From positions 4,898,001 through 4,962,000 of the forward strand of contig JAWMAR010000021.1 in the NCBI GenBank assembly GCA_036785375.1: a stretch of DNA of 64,000 bases, read 5' to 3'. Positions within the stretch are counted from its first letter, which is position 1; each line of letters opens with the position of its first letter. The notes beneath the pieces are model-generated. The model was not told the DNA's origin, did no database searches, and saw only the letters and a list, made by a program, of their open reading frames with translations. The DNA comes from Leucoraja ocellata. Its lineage: Eukaryota. The translations under genes and the position numbers were made by a program. Shown piece after piece: positions 1 to 12,591 of this stretch.

Positions 1-1520
1 ATCTGCATTATACTGCATCTGCTCACTCACCCAACCTATCCAAGTCACCCTGCAGCCTCATAACATCCTCATCACAGCTCACACTGCCACCCAGCTTTGT
101 GTCATCTGCAAACTTGGAGATGTCACCTTTAATTCCCTCATCTAAATCATTATATATTGTAAATAGCTGGGGTCCCAGCAACGAGCCTTGTGGCACCCCA
201 CTAGTCACTGCCTGCCATTTTGAAAAGGACCCATTAATTCCTGCTCTTTACTTCCTGTCTGCCAACCAGTTCTCTATCCATGTCAATATCCAACCCCCAA
301 TACCATGTGCTCTAATTTTGCACACTAATCTCTTGTGTGGGACCTGGTCAAAGGCATTTTGAAAGACCAGATACACCACATCCTCTGGCTCTCCCTTAAC
401 CATTCTACTTGTTACATCCTCAAAAAATTCCAGAAGATTAGTCAAGGATGATTTCACCTTCATAAATCCATGCTGACTTTGATCGATCCAGTCACTGCTT
501 CCCAAATACGCTGCTATATCGTCTTTAACAATCGACTCCAGCATCTTTCCCACTACTGATGTAAGGCTAACTGGTCTACAATTCCGTTTTCTCTCTCAAT
601 AGACAATAGGTGCAGGAGTAGGCTATTTGGCCCTTCGAGCCTGCACCGCCATTCAATGTGATCATGGCTGATCATCCCCAATCAGTACCCCGTTCCTGCC
701 TTCTCCCCATATCCCCTGACTTCGCTATTTTTAAGAGCCCTATCTAGCTCTCTCTTGAAAGCATCCAGAGAGCCTGCCTCCACCGCCCTCTGAGGCTCTC
801 CCTCCTTTCTTAAAAAGTGGGGTTACATTGGCTACCCTCCAGTCCACAGGAACTGATGCAACTGGGAGAGCATTGGAAGAAGATCACCAATGCATCCACA
901 AATTCTAGGGCCACCTCCCTCAGTACTCTGGGATGCAGACTATCAGGCCCTGGGAATTTATCTGCCTTCAGTCCCAACAGTTTACCTTGCACCATTTCAT
1001 GACTAATGTGAATTATTTTCAGTTCCTCCCTCCCACTAGATCCTCGGTCCCCTAGTATTTCTGGGAGATTGTATCCTCCTTAGTGAATACAGAACCAAAG
1101 GACTGTTCTGCCATTTCTTTGTTTCCCATTATAAATTCACCTGCCTCTGACTAAGGAACCTACATTTGTCTTCGCTAATCTTTTCCTTTTTACATATCTA
1201 AAGAAGCTTTTAGAGTCAGTTTTTATATACCCCGCAAGCTTTCTTTCATGCTCTTTCCCCCCCCCCCCCCCCCATTTAATTAACCCCTTTGTCCTCCTCC
1301 CTCCTCTGTTTACTTCTATTTTTCTCCTAGTCCTCCGGTTTGCTGCTTCCTCTGGCCAATTTATACGCCTCTTCCTTGGAATTAACACTATCCTTGATTT
1401 CCCTCGTTAGCCACCGTTGAGCCGCCTTCCCTGTTTTTTTTTTTTACCAGACAGGGATGAACAATTTTTGGAGTTCATCCATATGGTCTTTAAATCTTTG
1501 CCATTGCATCTCCACCATCA
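1..1520 (-). mobile_element. CR1-clade (HER1-like) LINE ORF2 fragment, degenerate
   Basis: Minus-strand ORFs with [52 protein letters not shown]. Confidence 0.9.
597..795 (-). mobile_element. CR1 3' tail nested in the older CR1
   Basis: Interrupts host between ctctc repeats; tail caatagacaataggtgcaggagtagg is the reverse complement of the tail at ~49700-49733. Confidence 0.75.
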
Positions 1521-1765
1521 ACCCTTGAAGTATAATTTCACAGCCTTTTGTAGGGGAGATAAAGCTGGAAAAGATTTGGGGGTGGATTTCAAAGCCTTGT
1601 ATGTGATAGGTAGATACTGGTGGGGTACAGGAAACAGGGAGGATAAAGAGCAGTGATTATTCGTTGGTTAGTTATCTCAAATTGGAGAATTCAATTGGAT
1701 TTGGGTCATCACAAAATGCTGGAGTATGAAATATGTATAGGACCCATGTTTCCAAAAGGATAAAA

Positions 1766-2060
1766 GGGGCAGCCCAGTGGCACAGGGTTAGAGTTGCTGC
1801 TTTACAACGCCAGAGAGCCGGGTACGATCCTGACTACGGGTACTGTCTGTATGGAGTTTGTATGTTTTCTCTGGGTGCTCTGCGTGACTGCATGAGTTTT
1901 TCTCCGAGTGCTCTGGTTTCCTCCCACACTCCAAGGACGTACAGGTTTGTAGATTAATTGGCTTCTGTCGTTAAATGTCCCTAATGTGTAAGATAGAACT
2001 AGTGTATGGTGGTCCATGGTCGGCGTGGGCTTGGGGCCTGTTTACACAATATATCTGTAA
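1766..2060 (+). mobile_element. tRNA-derived V-SINE (HE1-like)
   Basis: A-box gtggcacaggg, B-box-like ggtacgatcc, V-domain gtgctctggtttcctcccacactcc. Confidence 0.85.
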
Positions 2061-2156
2061 AAATAAAGAAAAATTAAATATAAACAATGGACATTAGCAA
2101 AGAAATTGGAGCAGGAGAAAAAGGCTCCCTTAAATCTGTCTATGCTTTTCTCACAG

Positions 2157-2236
2157 GAGCTTAAGAATGCTGAAATAGCATTAAGAACACAAAAGATACC
2201 ACCAGGTCTTCAACATGAAAACACCGCACCAGCAGA
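2157..2236 (+). CDS. NUP58: NUP58 internal coding exon (ELKNAEIALRTQKIPPGLQHENTAPA)
   Basis: tcacAG acceptor and GTaagt donor; 80 nt, phase 0 to 2; peptide matches recalled vertebrate Nup58 ELKNAEIALRTQKTPPGLQHE. Confidence 0.95.
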
Positions 2237-2403
2237 GTAAGTCTGTGAATTTCTCTTTAAGTATCATGTTCGCCAAACCTTTTATTCAAGATATGACAAA
2301 AATTTCCAGACTGATATTTAGTGATACACTGTTGATACATTGAATTAAAAGATACATTTTATTACCAAATTGGTGCTCTGCAGATGAATAAGATGATTGA
2401 GGA

Positions 2404-2610
2404 AAAACATAAAATGCTGGAGTAACTCGGTTGGTCAGGCAGCATCTCTGGAGAACATTGACAGGTGACATTTCAGGTCAGGAATGAAAAGGGTTGCAGC
2501 CCGAAAAGTCACCCATCGATGTTATGCAGGGATGCCACCTGACCCGCTGAGTTACTTCACCATTCGGTATCTTTCCTTGGCAAACCAGTATCTGCAGTTC
2601 CTTGTTTCTC
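2404..2610. mobile_element. Fold-back Penelope pLTR-derived element, degenerate
   Basis: gctggagtaactc...ggtcaggcagcatc mirrored by gatgccacctgacccgctgagttact. Confidence 0.65.
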
Positions 2611-2893
2611 CAGTAAGATGATTGGACTGGAGCTTTGCATTTTAATGCATTCTCATTTTTCAGAGTCAGTGGAAAATAAGCATACAGCCTGACCATTTCA
2701 TCTATAATGTTGGCCGACTAAGAAGCAGGAATTATCCAACATGGCTTTCTGATTGTTGCTTGCCTTCATTGAGGCAGGTATTCAGCCTCCAAGAACCTCC
2801 AAGCGACATTCCACGTGGCTTTCTTACCCTACATTTGTACAGTATCTCCCAGACACATTGTGCAGCCATCAACCTATAAACCTTGAGGAAATC

Positions 2894-3015
2894 GGTCTGA
2901 AGAAGGGTCCCGACCCGAAATGTCAACTTTCCATTTTCTCCAGAGATGTTGTCTGGCCCGTTGAGTTACTCCGGCATTTTGTGTCTATCTTTGGTATAAA
3001 ACAGCACCGTCAGTT
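2894..3015 (+). mobile_element. Penelope pLTR fragment with hammerhead-like core
   Basis: ggtCTGAAGAaGGGTcccgACCCGAAAtgtc. Confidence 0.7.
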
Positions 3016-3844
3016 TTTTATTACCTGGAGGAAATATCTTTTTTGGGATAAAAAGCTGACTTTGCATTATTCCTGATATAATGGATCATTTTTGTTTGAA
3101 GTGGTAATTACAGCAGAATCAGGGCATTTAGCCCATTGAATTCACTCTGCCATTCGTTCATGGCTGATTTTTTTTTTTTTTATCCTTCTCAAACCCATTC
3201 TCCTGCGTTCTCCCTGTAACATTCTCCCCGGCGGGCCATGTGGCCAGATGCACAAGACCTGTTGTGCTAGAGGGAACCCGCCGAGCCATCCCCTGCTCCT
3301 TCCCTGGAAACCAGCGATTGGAGAGATGGGAGCCTGAAGAGACTTGAGGAGCAAGGCCATTAGGAGAGAGGCTGCCAGAGGCGCCCCCAAGGCACAAAGG
3401 TGGATGGGTGAGGAGACTGACGTCAGTTCACTGGATGATACAGACGTCCAAGGAAGGCGATGGCTGGAGGCCTGCAGCAGCCTGAGGCTCGCCCAGATTG
3501 GGAGCCGCTCATAAGACCTCAAACATGGACTGCACTTTGAAAATGGCACCAAAGCTTGGCTCCTCAACCATGGGTTCTCAGTGGACTATTTCTGTACACT
3601 TTCCTAATCTAGGACCATTGACCGTAACATTGACAGAGAAATGTCTATGAATGTTAATTATATGGACTTCCAGAAGCCATTTGAAAAGGTCCATAATGGA
3701 AACCTTTAGCTGATACTCATGGGATTGAAGACTAATTATTAACCTCATTAGAGTGACAGAAAGTGAGAGCTCACGGTGTACTGAAAATAACCCCGTTTTG
3801 TAGTTCAAATTTACAAAGAACTAGGATTGTGGGATAAGGAGAGT

Positions 3845-4235
3845 CAAAACTATTTTATTGTCAGATGTCTCAAAACAGAACAATGAAATTTGTACGTGCA
3901 GCAGCGACGTAACAGGTTTGTAAATACAGGACTCAATAGATAATATAACGAACAAGGAAAAGTTCAATTAAAAAATCAATATAGTACCAAAACAAAACAA
4001 AGTCCCAAGTGCATCCCAAGCAATTCGTAGTTTGGAGTTCATAGTGTTCAACAGCCTAATGGTTGTTGGGAAGAAGCTGTTTGTTACAGTTTTCAGACTC
4101 TTCCCGGTGGCAGGAGTGAAATGAGAACATGGCCAGGGTGGTGTTGGTCCTTGATGAGGCTGGCTGCCTTTTTGAGAAAGCGCCTCATAGATCCTTTCAA
4201 TGGTGGGGTGGTCACTACCTGTGATGGAAATGTAC
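3845..4235 (-). mobile_element. Rex1/Babar-type LINE 3' fragment
   Basis: Minus strand encodes, with frameshifts, AAS.IKD.HHPGH...NSFFPTTIRLLN, then a tail ending tgacaataaa. Confidence 0.7.
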
Positions 4236-4688
4236 GTCAATCACCGTACAAAACCCACACGTCTTGAGGTGTGGGAGGAAACAGCTAGAATACGGTCCAG
4301 ACCTCCCATTTACCTTATTGGAGACCTTTGAACTATCTTTAATCAGACTCTGTCTGATTATCTGAATGTTGTACCATTTATCCATTATAGTGGAATCAAG
4401 GGATATGGGTGGAAGGCAGGCACAACATTCTGCTTATTGAATCGGGATGATCAGCCATGATCACAATGAATGGCGGTGCTGGCTCGAAGGGCCGAATGGC
4501 CTCCTCCTGCACCCATTTTCTAAGTTTCTATCTGTACAATATGAACAGCTTGATTGTAATCATGTATAGTCTTTTTGACTGGATAGCATGCTACAAACCT
4601 TTTTCACTGTACACTTGACAATAATAAACTAAACCAAACTAAGGAAACCAGAGCACCCGGAGGAAACCAACGCGGTTCCAGGGAGGAT

Positions 4689-6015
4689 ACTTAGAGATAA
4701 TATATATAATCATCTGGATAAACAGGGTCTGATGAGGAACAGTCACCATGGATTTGTGTCTGGAAGGTCATGTTCGATTAATCTTCTTGGATTTTTTTGA
4801 AGAGGTTACTAGGGAAATTGATGAGGGTAAAGCGGTGGATGTTGTCAATATGGACTTCAGTAAGGCCTTTGACAAGGTTCCACATGGAAGGTTGGTTAAG
4901 AAGGTTCAATTGTTGGGTATTAATAGTGGAGTAGCAAGATGGATTCAACATTGGCTGAATGGGAGATGCCAGAGAGTAATGGTGGATAACTGTTTGTCAG
5001 GTTGGAGGCCGGTGACTAGTGGGGTGCCTCAGGGATCTGTGTTGGGTCCACTGTTGTTTGTCATATACATCAATGATCTGGATGATGGTGTGGTAAATTG
5101 GATTAGTAAGTATGCAGATGATACTAAGATAGGTGGTGTTGTGGATAATGAAGTAGATTTTCAAAGTCTCCAGAGAGATTTAGGCCATTTGGAAGAATGG
5201 GCTGAAAGATGGCAGATGGAGTTTAATGCTGATAAGTGTGAGGTGCTACATCTTGGCAGGACAAATCAAAATAGGACGTACATGGTAAATGGTAGCGAAT
5301 TGAGGAATGCAGTTGAACAAATGTGCATAGTTCCCTGAAGGTGGAATCTCATGTAGATAGGGAGGTAAAGAAAGCTTTTGGTGTGCTGGCCTTTATAAAT
5401 CAGAGCATTGAGTATAGAAGTTGGGATATAATGTTAACATTGTACAAGCCATTGGTGAGGCCAATTCTGGAGTATGGTGTACAATTTTGGTCGCCAAATT
5501 ATAGGAAAGATGTCAAAAAAATAGAGAGAGTACAGGGGAGATTTATTAGAATGTTGCCTGGGTTTCAGCACCTAAGTTACAGAGAAAGGTTGAACAAGTT
5601 AGGTCTTTATTCTTTGGAGCTCAGAAGGTTAAGGGGGGACTTGATAGAGGTCTTTAAAATTATGAGAGGGATAGACAGGGTTGACGTGGATAACCTTTTT
5701 CCATTGAGAGTAGGGTAGATTCAAACAAGAGGACATGATTTGAGAATTAAGGGACAAAAGTTTAGGGGTAACATGAGGGGGAACATCTTTACTCGGAGAG
5801 TGGTAGCTGTGTGGAATGAGCTTCCAGTGGAAGTGGTGGAGGCAGGTTCGATTTTATCATTTAAAAATAAATTGGATAGGTATATGGACGGGAAAGGAAT
5901 GGAAGGTTATGGTCTGAGTGCAGGTAGATGGGACTAGGTGAGAGTAAGTGTTCGGCACAGACTAGAAGGGCCGAGATGGCCTGTTTCCGTACTGTAATTG
6001 TTATATGGTTATATG
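4689..6015 (+). mobile_element. Young 5'-truncated CR1 LINE (RT domain to 3' tail) inserted in a minus-strand V-SINE
   Basis: DFSKAFDKVPH, SGVPQGSVLGPLLF, YADDTK, LERRRLRGDLIE-like motifs; tail gttatatggttatatg; SINE halves at 4642-4688 and 6016-6112. Confidence 0.92.
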
Positions 6016-6168
6016 ATGTGCAAACTCCAGACAGACAAGACCTAAGTTTGTGATTGAACCCAGGTCTCTGGTACTGTGAAGCAGCTGCTCTACCAACTGC
6101 GCCACTGTACCTGTTATGAAAATAATATTTGACTATCGTTCTCAGCTATTCCAACTTGTATTTGACAG

Positions 6169-6287
6169 CTATTTCAGGCAGCTGGTGGAACAATTTGAGG
6201 TTCAGTTACAGCAGTATCGACAGCAGATAGAGGAACTGGAAAATCACCTTGCTACGCAGGCTAACAGCTCTCACATGACTCCACAAG
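6169..6287 (+). CDS. NUP58: NUP58 coding exon, coiled coil (YFRQLVEQFEVQLQQYRQQIEELENHLATQANSSHMTPQ)
   Basis: gacAG and GTttgt boundaries; 119 nt, phase 2 to 1; joins previous exon as GA+C = Asp. Confidence 0.97.
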
Positions 6288-6684
6288 GTTTGTACTTCCG
6301 AGAAAAAGCTTGAATACATTTTTCTGATTTTATGATTCCATCGAAATCATGAGAGGAATAGATTGGGTAGACGGACAATCTCTTGCCCAGAGTAGAGGAA
6401 TCGAGAACCAGAGGACATAGGTTTAAGGTGAGGGTGGGAAAATGTAATAGGAACCTAAGGGGTAAAGGGTGGTGGGTGGTGAGCTGCTGGAGGAGGTAGT
6501 TGAGACGGGAACTATTGCAATTTTTAACAAACATTTAGACAAGTACATGGATAGGACCGGTTTAGAGGAATATGGGCCAATTACAGACAGGTGAGACATT
6601 TTTCCATGCTGCATGACTGCCTCGCTGTGTAGGCTACCCTGGGAACATTATTTTTGTTGTTGATCATTATTGTCATTTCTACAG

Positions 6685-6767
6685 ATCTGTCTCTTGCAAT
6701 GCAGAAAGTATACCAGACATTTGTAGCTCTGGCTGCTCAACTTCAATCAATCCATGAAAGTGCAAAG
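6685..6767 (+). CDS. NUP58: NUP58 coding exon (DLSLAMQKVYQTFVALAAQLQSIHESAK)
   Basis: ctacAG and GTaaca boundaries; 83 nt, phase 1 to 0. Confidence 0.96.
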
Positions 6768-7633
6768 GTAACATCTAGTATTTGCTTATAATCTAAAAAT
6801 CCTTTCTGTAGATAAATCAAAACTTGTCTTTCATGTTCAGTATAGTTGTAGCAGTACCAAACGTGGTGACCAAACAGTTGATTTATTCAGATGTTACATG
6901 GTTGGTGTACATACAAGTTTGGTCCTCTAACATACTAAGCCATTGCTGTTGCTGCTGCTGTGCGAGGGTGTTGCCTCGAGCTCAGCTACCTGTACACCGA
7001 TGATCTCCAGGCGAGATCTGCTTATGTAGCAAGGCACTCCCCTTAACCCATGACGTCACGTAACTACTGACGAGGGTTCGACCGTAAGTGGTCTGACTAT
7101 CAGCTGACGCCACACCATAAAAATTACTATGTTGCCAATTTGATACAGTTGAAAGTTGCATGACAAATACAATCGCTGAAGAAAATGCAACTGACTTGGC
7201 TCCTCTCCCTTTATTTCTCTTTCCTTCTTGCTTTACTCCTGTTTCCAGTTTCGCATTGAATTTGTATCGTACTAAAGTTTTCACCTCGCTTGCCCCCTTA
7301 TTTTGGTTTCTGTTTTTTGGTCCTGTTTCCTCTTCAATCTCCACACTCGTCCCCATCTCTCCTATCCTCATTTTTCCTCTTAACTTCATTTTCTCTGCAT
7401 CTTTAAATCTGCTCGATTTGTAGTCTTGACTAGCTACATGCACTCTTGTGGGATATCCAGTGAAACATAATTTGTGTTTTATGATGGATAAATTGGATGC
7501 AGAAATTGTTCTCCACTGGATGCTAAATTCACAGTCGTGTGGGGAAAGATTATTCCAAAGGCTTGGAGTCTACTCACAGATGAAAAGTAAATCCTCGGGT
7601 TTTCTGAGCATTTCCTGAAATTGGTTTTGGAAA

Positions 7634-8025
7634 CAGGCCCACCACCGATTTTCCAGCAACTGGTGGTCCGCCCCCCCCCCCCCCCCCCCCCCAACCTCCC
7701 TCCCTCCTTTTAATCTGGATGAAGGTCCGAGCGCCACGGTAAGGCGGACGACCTCTACCTCATCGGGACTTCCGTGACAGAATTGTCACAGAATTGTCGG
7801 GTCGAATTTGCCACTTGCGGCTGGGGCTCTGGAACTGGCCCGGCTGGAGCCAGCAGATCGATCAGTTCCCATAGCCGACTTCCGAGGCTGACTTTGTGAG
7901 CTGGCTTAGGACTTTTCCAGTGCCGTTTGACTCCTCTCGGAGGTCATGACCTCTGTTGGCCTGGCAAAACGGATAACCCGGAAAACCTCTTGAGCCAGGG
8001 GTGCCGGAAAGTTGTGGTGGACCTG
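7634..8025. mobile_element. Non-autonomous Tc1/mariner (Tigger-like) element
   Basis: Imperfect TIRs CAGGCCCACCAC...TTTCCAGCA and TGCCGGAAAG.TGTGGTGGACCTG, followed by TA on the right. Confidence 0.6.
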
Positions 8026-8600
8026 TATAAGGATATTTTAGAAACAATTGATTGTTAAATTATCTCAACTATCTACAGATAGTGTATTAATCCATGTAGG
8101 ATGAGAAGGATATATTAAACCATGATCCATGGCCAGTATAGGTGGAGGAAGTGTGGAACTCACCTTGATACAAAGAGAACATCAACATACCTCAAACTGA
8201 GCAAAGCACAGTGCTGGAGAAACTCAATGGGGCAGGCAGTATCTGGGGAGAGAATGGACAGATGACCTTCTTCAGTCTGATTCAAAAGAAAGGTCGTTGC
8301 TTGTCTATTTCCCCCCCCCCCCCCCCCAATACACTGCAAGAGCTGCTGAGTTCCTCCAGCACATTGTGCATTGTTTTCAGATTCCAGCGTCTGCAAATTC
8401 TTTTATCACCATTGGACCTCTAACTGATTTGGACTGTTACATTAATTACAGTATCAAGTTTGTACAAAATTTGCACATATTAAAAATAATAGTTGAATTC
8501 TAACGGAACAACGTGGATGCAAAAGTGATGTGGAGAAAATGTTTGTCTGTGTGTGCTTACAACTGGTGATTAAGTGAGTTGCCTTCCCCATGGATTAAAG

Positions 8601-8795
8601 GTATTTAACAATTTGCATAAATGGTGTACTAAATGCTGTTTTCACACTAAATGTATTTAACTATTTTCATAAACATTGCACAAAATGCTATTTCCACTCT
8701 AAAGCTACAGAGCAATTTTCATAAACCTTGCACTAAATGTATTTAACAATTCTCATAATGCTGTATTTAACAATTTACATAATGCACTAAATGTT
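8601..8795. repeat. Degenerate AT-rich minisatellite
   Basis: Repeated modules gtatttaacaattt.cataa and gcactaaatg, about 5 copies each. Confidence 0.75.
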
Positions 8796-8874
8796 GTTTC
8801 AAACAAGCTATTTACTTATTTTATCTTAGTATTGATTGCCATTCTGCATAATGAACTTTGACATTTCATTTCAG

Positions 8875-9073
8875 ATTCTAAGAGAGCAGTATCTTGGCTA
8901 CCGTAAGACATACTATGGTGATGCCACTGATGTCTTTGAAGCGAGGCGCGTTGAAACTAAGAAGTGGCAAAATACTCCACGTGTCACAACTGGGCCAACT
9001 CCCTTCAGCATACCAAATGCAGCAGCAGTTGCCATGGCTGCAACATTAACACAGCAGCAACAGCCTGCTACAG
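8875..9073 (+). CDS. NUP58: NUP58 coding exon (ILREQYLGYRK...KKWQNTPRVTTGPTPFS...TQQQQPATG)
   Basis: tttcAG acceptor, weak GTctga donor; 199 nt, phase 0 to 1; within ORF 8836..9096. Confidence 0.96.
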
Positions 9074-9096
9074 GTCTGAATGTCTTCAAGTTATAG
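9074..9096 (+). CDS. NUP58: Putative alternative C-terminus by donor read-through (GLNVFKL*), Nup45-like isoform
   Basis: In-frame GGT CTG AAT GTC TTC AAG TTA TAG; resembles recalled mammalian short-isoform end GLNAFKL; downstream AATAAA at 9402. Confidence 0.6.
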
Positions 9097-9863
9097 ATGA
9101 ATAGAGCTGAGACAAATATCTGGTTATACGATATAAACTTTCTAGTATACACATTTCTCTTTTGTCTTCCTGAACACATCTCAGTAGTCTTACTGCTGTA
9201 TTAGAAAGCACCCAAGACTTTCTTGTATCTTATTTTGTCACTTTTTTAAAGTTTTCTAAATTACTGATATCTGCATATTTAAAAAAAACTACTAATTTAT
9301 GGTAATACAGGATATATACAAAGCAATAATCTTAAAGCTGTAAAATACCTAATTTCTTAAAATTGGTAATTTAGAAAATGTGAAGTGACTTTTTATACTA
9401 TAATAAAGGTGACTAAGACTTTAGTTAGAAGTGACCTTGTGAGGCTTTGAATGTTGTTGAATCACTAAATTCTGAAGATAATTTGCAGAGAATGTAAATT
9501 AATTGTTAAGATTGATGTTATTTTGTTCAAAACAAAATGTTAAAATTTAAACAAGGATGACGTACATGGGTGAATTACAGATGCACATAGCTCTAAAATT
9601 GTTCTGGGTGAGATATTGCTTTGATTAACCTACAGAAAATAATAACTACTGAAGGATGATACAGATACCATATCTATTTTACAATGAGGTTCTTATTTCT
9701 TCATTTAATCATGGAAAACAGTATTGTATAATACGTTGGTATAATCAAACAAGCTGGAAGAAATTGCTTTAGCATAAAGTCCCTGTTTGGCACATTCCCA
9801 ATCTGAGATAAACATTGATCAGTGAGAGTTGGTCAGTTTTTCTACAAGAATATAATTTAAGAA

Positions 9864-10145
9864 TGTAGAGTTGCTGCCTTGCAGTACCAGAGAGTCAGGA
9901 CCAATTCTGACCTCGGGTGCTGTCTGTGTGGAGTTTGCACTTTCTCCCTGTGACCACGTGGTTTTCATCTGGGTGCTCCGGTTTCCTCCCACATCTCAAT
10001 GACATGCGGATTTGTAGGTAAAACATCCCAAGTGTGTAAGGAGTGGATGCGAAAGTGGGAAAACGTAGAACTAGTGTGAAGGATGATTGATGGTCGGAGT
10101 GGACTCAGTAGGTCGAAGGGCCCTGTGCTTAACTCTAAAACTAAG
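9864..10145 (+). mobile_element. V-SINE
   Basis: gtagagttgctgcc head, gggtgctccggtttcctcccaca core, cgaagggccctgtg tail. Confidence 0.85.
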
Positions 10146-12492
10146 CTCAAACAATCCAAGTCATCTGCTTTCACAACTCCTCTAACACCTTTGATAGTTT
10201 GTTACAATACACAACAGATCATATTCTCATCTTCGATTGTGCAAGTTGTTGACTAAATTGATGGGAAAATGTTGTTGTATAAAATATCCCTCAATAAACA
10301 ATGGTAGTTTTTCATCATGGTTGCTATTCCAAATTAAGATAGGATGTCTGGGGTAGAAATGTTCTATCATAATTTAAGTTTTAGTGAGATAAGCAAATAT
10401 AGTGAATGAAAACACCTTGATATTTTTTATGAAGGTGTAACAATAAAGTTTACATTAAGAAAGTTCTACAATATGTGATTAATTTAAAAATAAATGGAAT
10501 TTGACACAAAGTAAATTGTTTACAATAGGGTGGTAAAGGAGTAGGAAGTCAGTATTAGAACGTTGGAATTCTTTATTCTTACTCCATGGTATTCTATTTA
10601 ACATATCCGAAAACAGCATTTAAAATGCGCGTTTTATATTTACTAATCTCAGCCACAAAACATTTCTGTTTTGTACAGTGAATATTTATTGATGGCTCGC
10701 CTCTTCCCTCCTCTCCCACAACCAGTTACAATGTGTAAAGTTAAAAAATATGATTAGAGTGTAAACAAATTTGAAGAAGGAAGAACAGTGTATTTGATAT
10801 TATTAACCAAAATTAATAGCACTGTAAACATTTAAGTAAATTAATTTGTAAGATATTTGCAAACCGGGGCTGCTAGAAAAAAGTGCAGGTAAGTCTGTGC
10901 ACATTTCATGTGCTGTATTTTATGAGTATAAAACAATGTTTCTGCTTTCTGAAAGAGCAGCATTTGAATTGTTCCACTGAAATCGATTGCCAAAAATTAT
11001 TACTACTTCCCAGTATTGTAATATTCCAAACACCTACATGAAGTCTTTCAGTGTACACAAACGCGCAGTGCCGCAGTTGCCTTCTTTACAGACACTAGGT
11101 TACAACACTAGTTTGGTTATGAAATCAGTCTTTGTAAAATATATTATATAATACTGCATTATCTGTAAAACTCATGTTATAGTCATATATGTATCTGTCT
11201 CTTCATTGTTCTTTGATATCTATGATAAAGGAAGACAGTGTCAATTCCTTGGCATATATGGGCTGAATTTTTGAATAATGATCAATTTTTCTACTTAAAT
11301 CATCTTTTCATAAATGTTCCAATTAGTTTTGCAAATTTTGAAATAACATATGCTAGCCTTTCTTGTTTCTGTATTGGTAGCATATTTCGTTTTTAAGTTT
11401 GCCTGTAGTTGTGCAAGAATTGTGGACAGCTTTGAAATGAGGCCTACGTAGGTGCCTAAGATTGGACTGTCTCAGGATTTGATCCATAGTTTTCTCTGAT
11501 GTTTTCCGGCATTTCTTTGGCATAATTATAATTCTTTGCTTCTCTGCACCTTCCACATTCCCCTTTGACAATTAACTCTTCTAGAACATCATACTACCAA
11601 AAGCAATATGTTCTACCATTGCACAGGGCAAAATAAGTAGTGTGTTTGAAATGTGAAAGTGTGGATGTGTTAAACCTACATATGAAGTGTAAATTCAGTG
11701 GTGCCTTTTTCAAACTGCGCACGCATAGAAATTCACTTCTGGTTGTAACTGCCTTTAGAACCTGAATATTCCCTCCGTTTATTTAAAAAGTTGCCTAATA
11801 TCAAACTGTAGTGCACTAAAAGCAAGAATATGGCAGTTATGAATTAACAAAAATGAAAATTTTATTGTTGTGTTGATATGTAATTGAGTTGTTTCAAAAA
11901 CTAAACAATAAATTGAGATGTGAAAGATCTTATTGTCTTCTTATGTATTTTTGTTCTTTAATTATTGCTCAATTGATTCATACTTGAATGCAATGCGCAT
12001 GTAAAGTTTATTTAAATCTAAAACTGAGGCTATGTCGCAGAATGCAGGCGATTTGCTTACTTTTAAAAATAACATTTGGGACATATAACTATGCTGAATA
12101 AAGGGACTTTAGTGTGAACACAATTAAAGCATAAAACAAAATAAGCCACCAAAGTAACTGTAAGGAGAAGATTAAGTATGATTTGCTTTGGATTTATTTT
12201 GTTTCCCAACTACTGCTGAGTAGATGAATTGGCAAAAAAGTGTTTAAAACTTGAAGTAGCATAGATATGGATCAGTCTCTTTTTGTTTTTCAATATTTGT
12301 TCTAGATTCTAATTTGTTTTGGATCAGTCTAAGCTTGACCCACATACATTTGAAGACTTTGCCCATTATTTTTAAGAGTGGCTGAAATAAAATTCTCGTA
12401 TTGGAGAGTCATTTTATAAAATATATGCTGAAAACTATTTCTAAGTGTAATGGAAATTTTTGTCTTTTTCTTCTTAATTATTTCTGTATCAG

Positions 12493-12591
12493 GATCACAG
12501 CCAGCTTTGGGAGTTAACTTTGGAGTACCGTTCGCCTCAGGTATTGGCACTGGCTTGCAGTCAACTGGCTTAGGTTCTACAACACTTGGAG
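12493..12591 (+). CDS. NUP58: NUP58 FG-region exon (SQPALGVNFGVPFASGIGTGLQSTGLGSTTLG)
   Basis: Polypyrimidine tract with atcAG, donor GTacaa; 99 nt, phase 1 to 1. Confidence 0.95.

Noticed and set aside
6141-6168. Duplicated acceptor-like cagctatt 23 nt upstream of the real acceptor
   Set aside because: Its use would shift the frame; no further support
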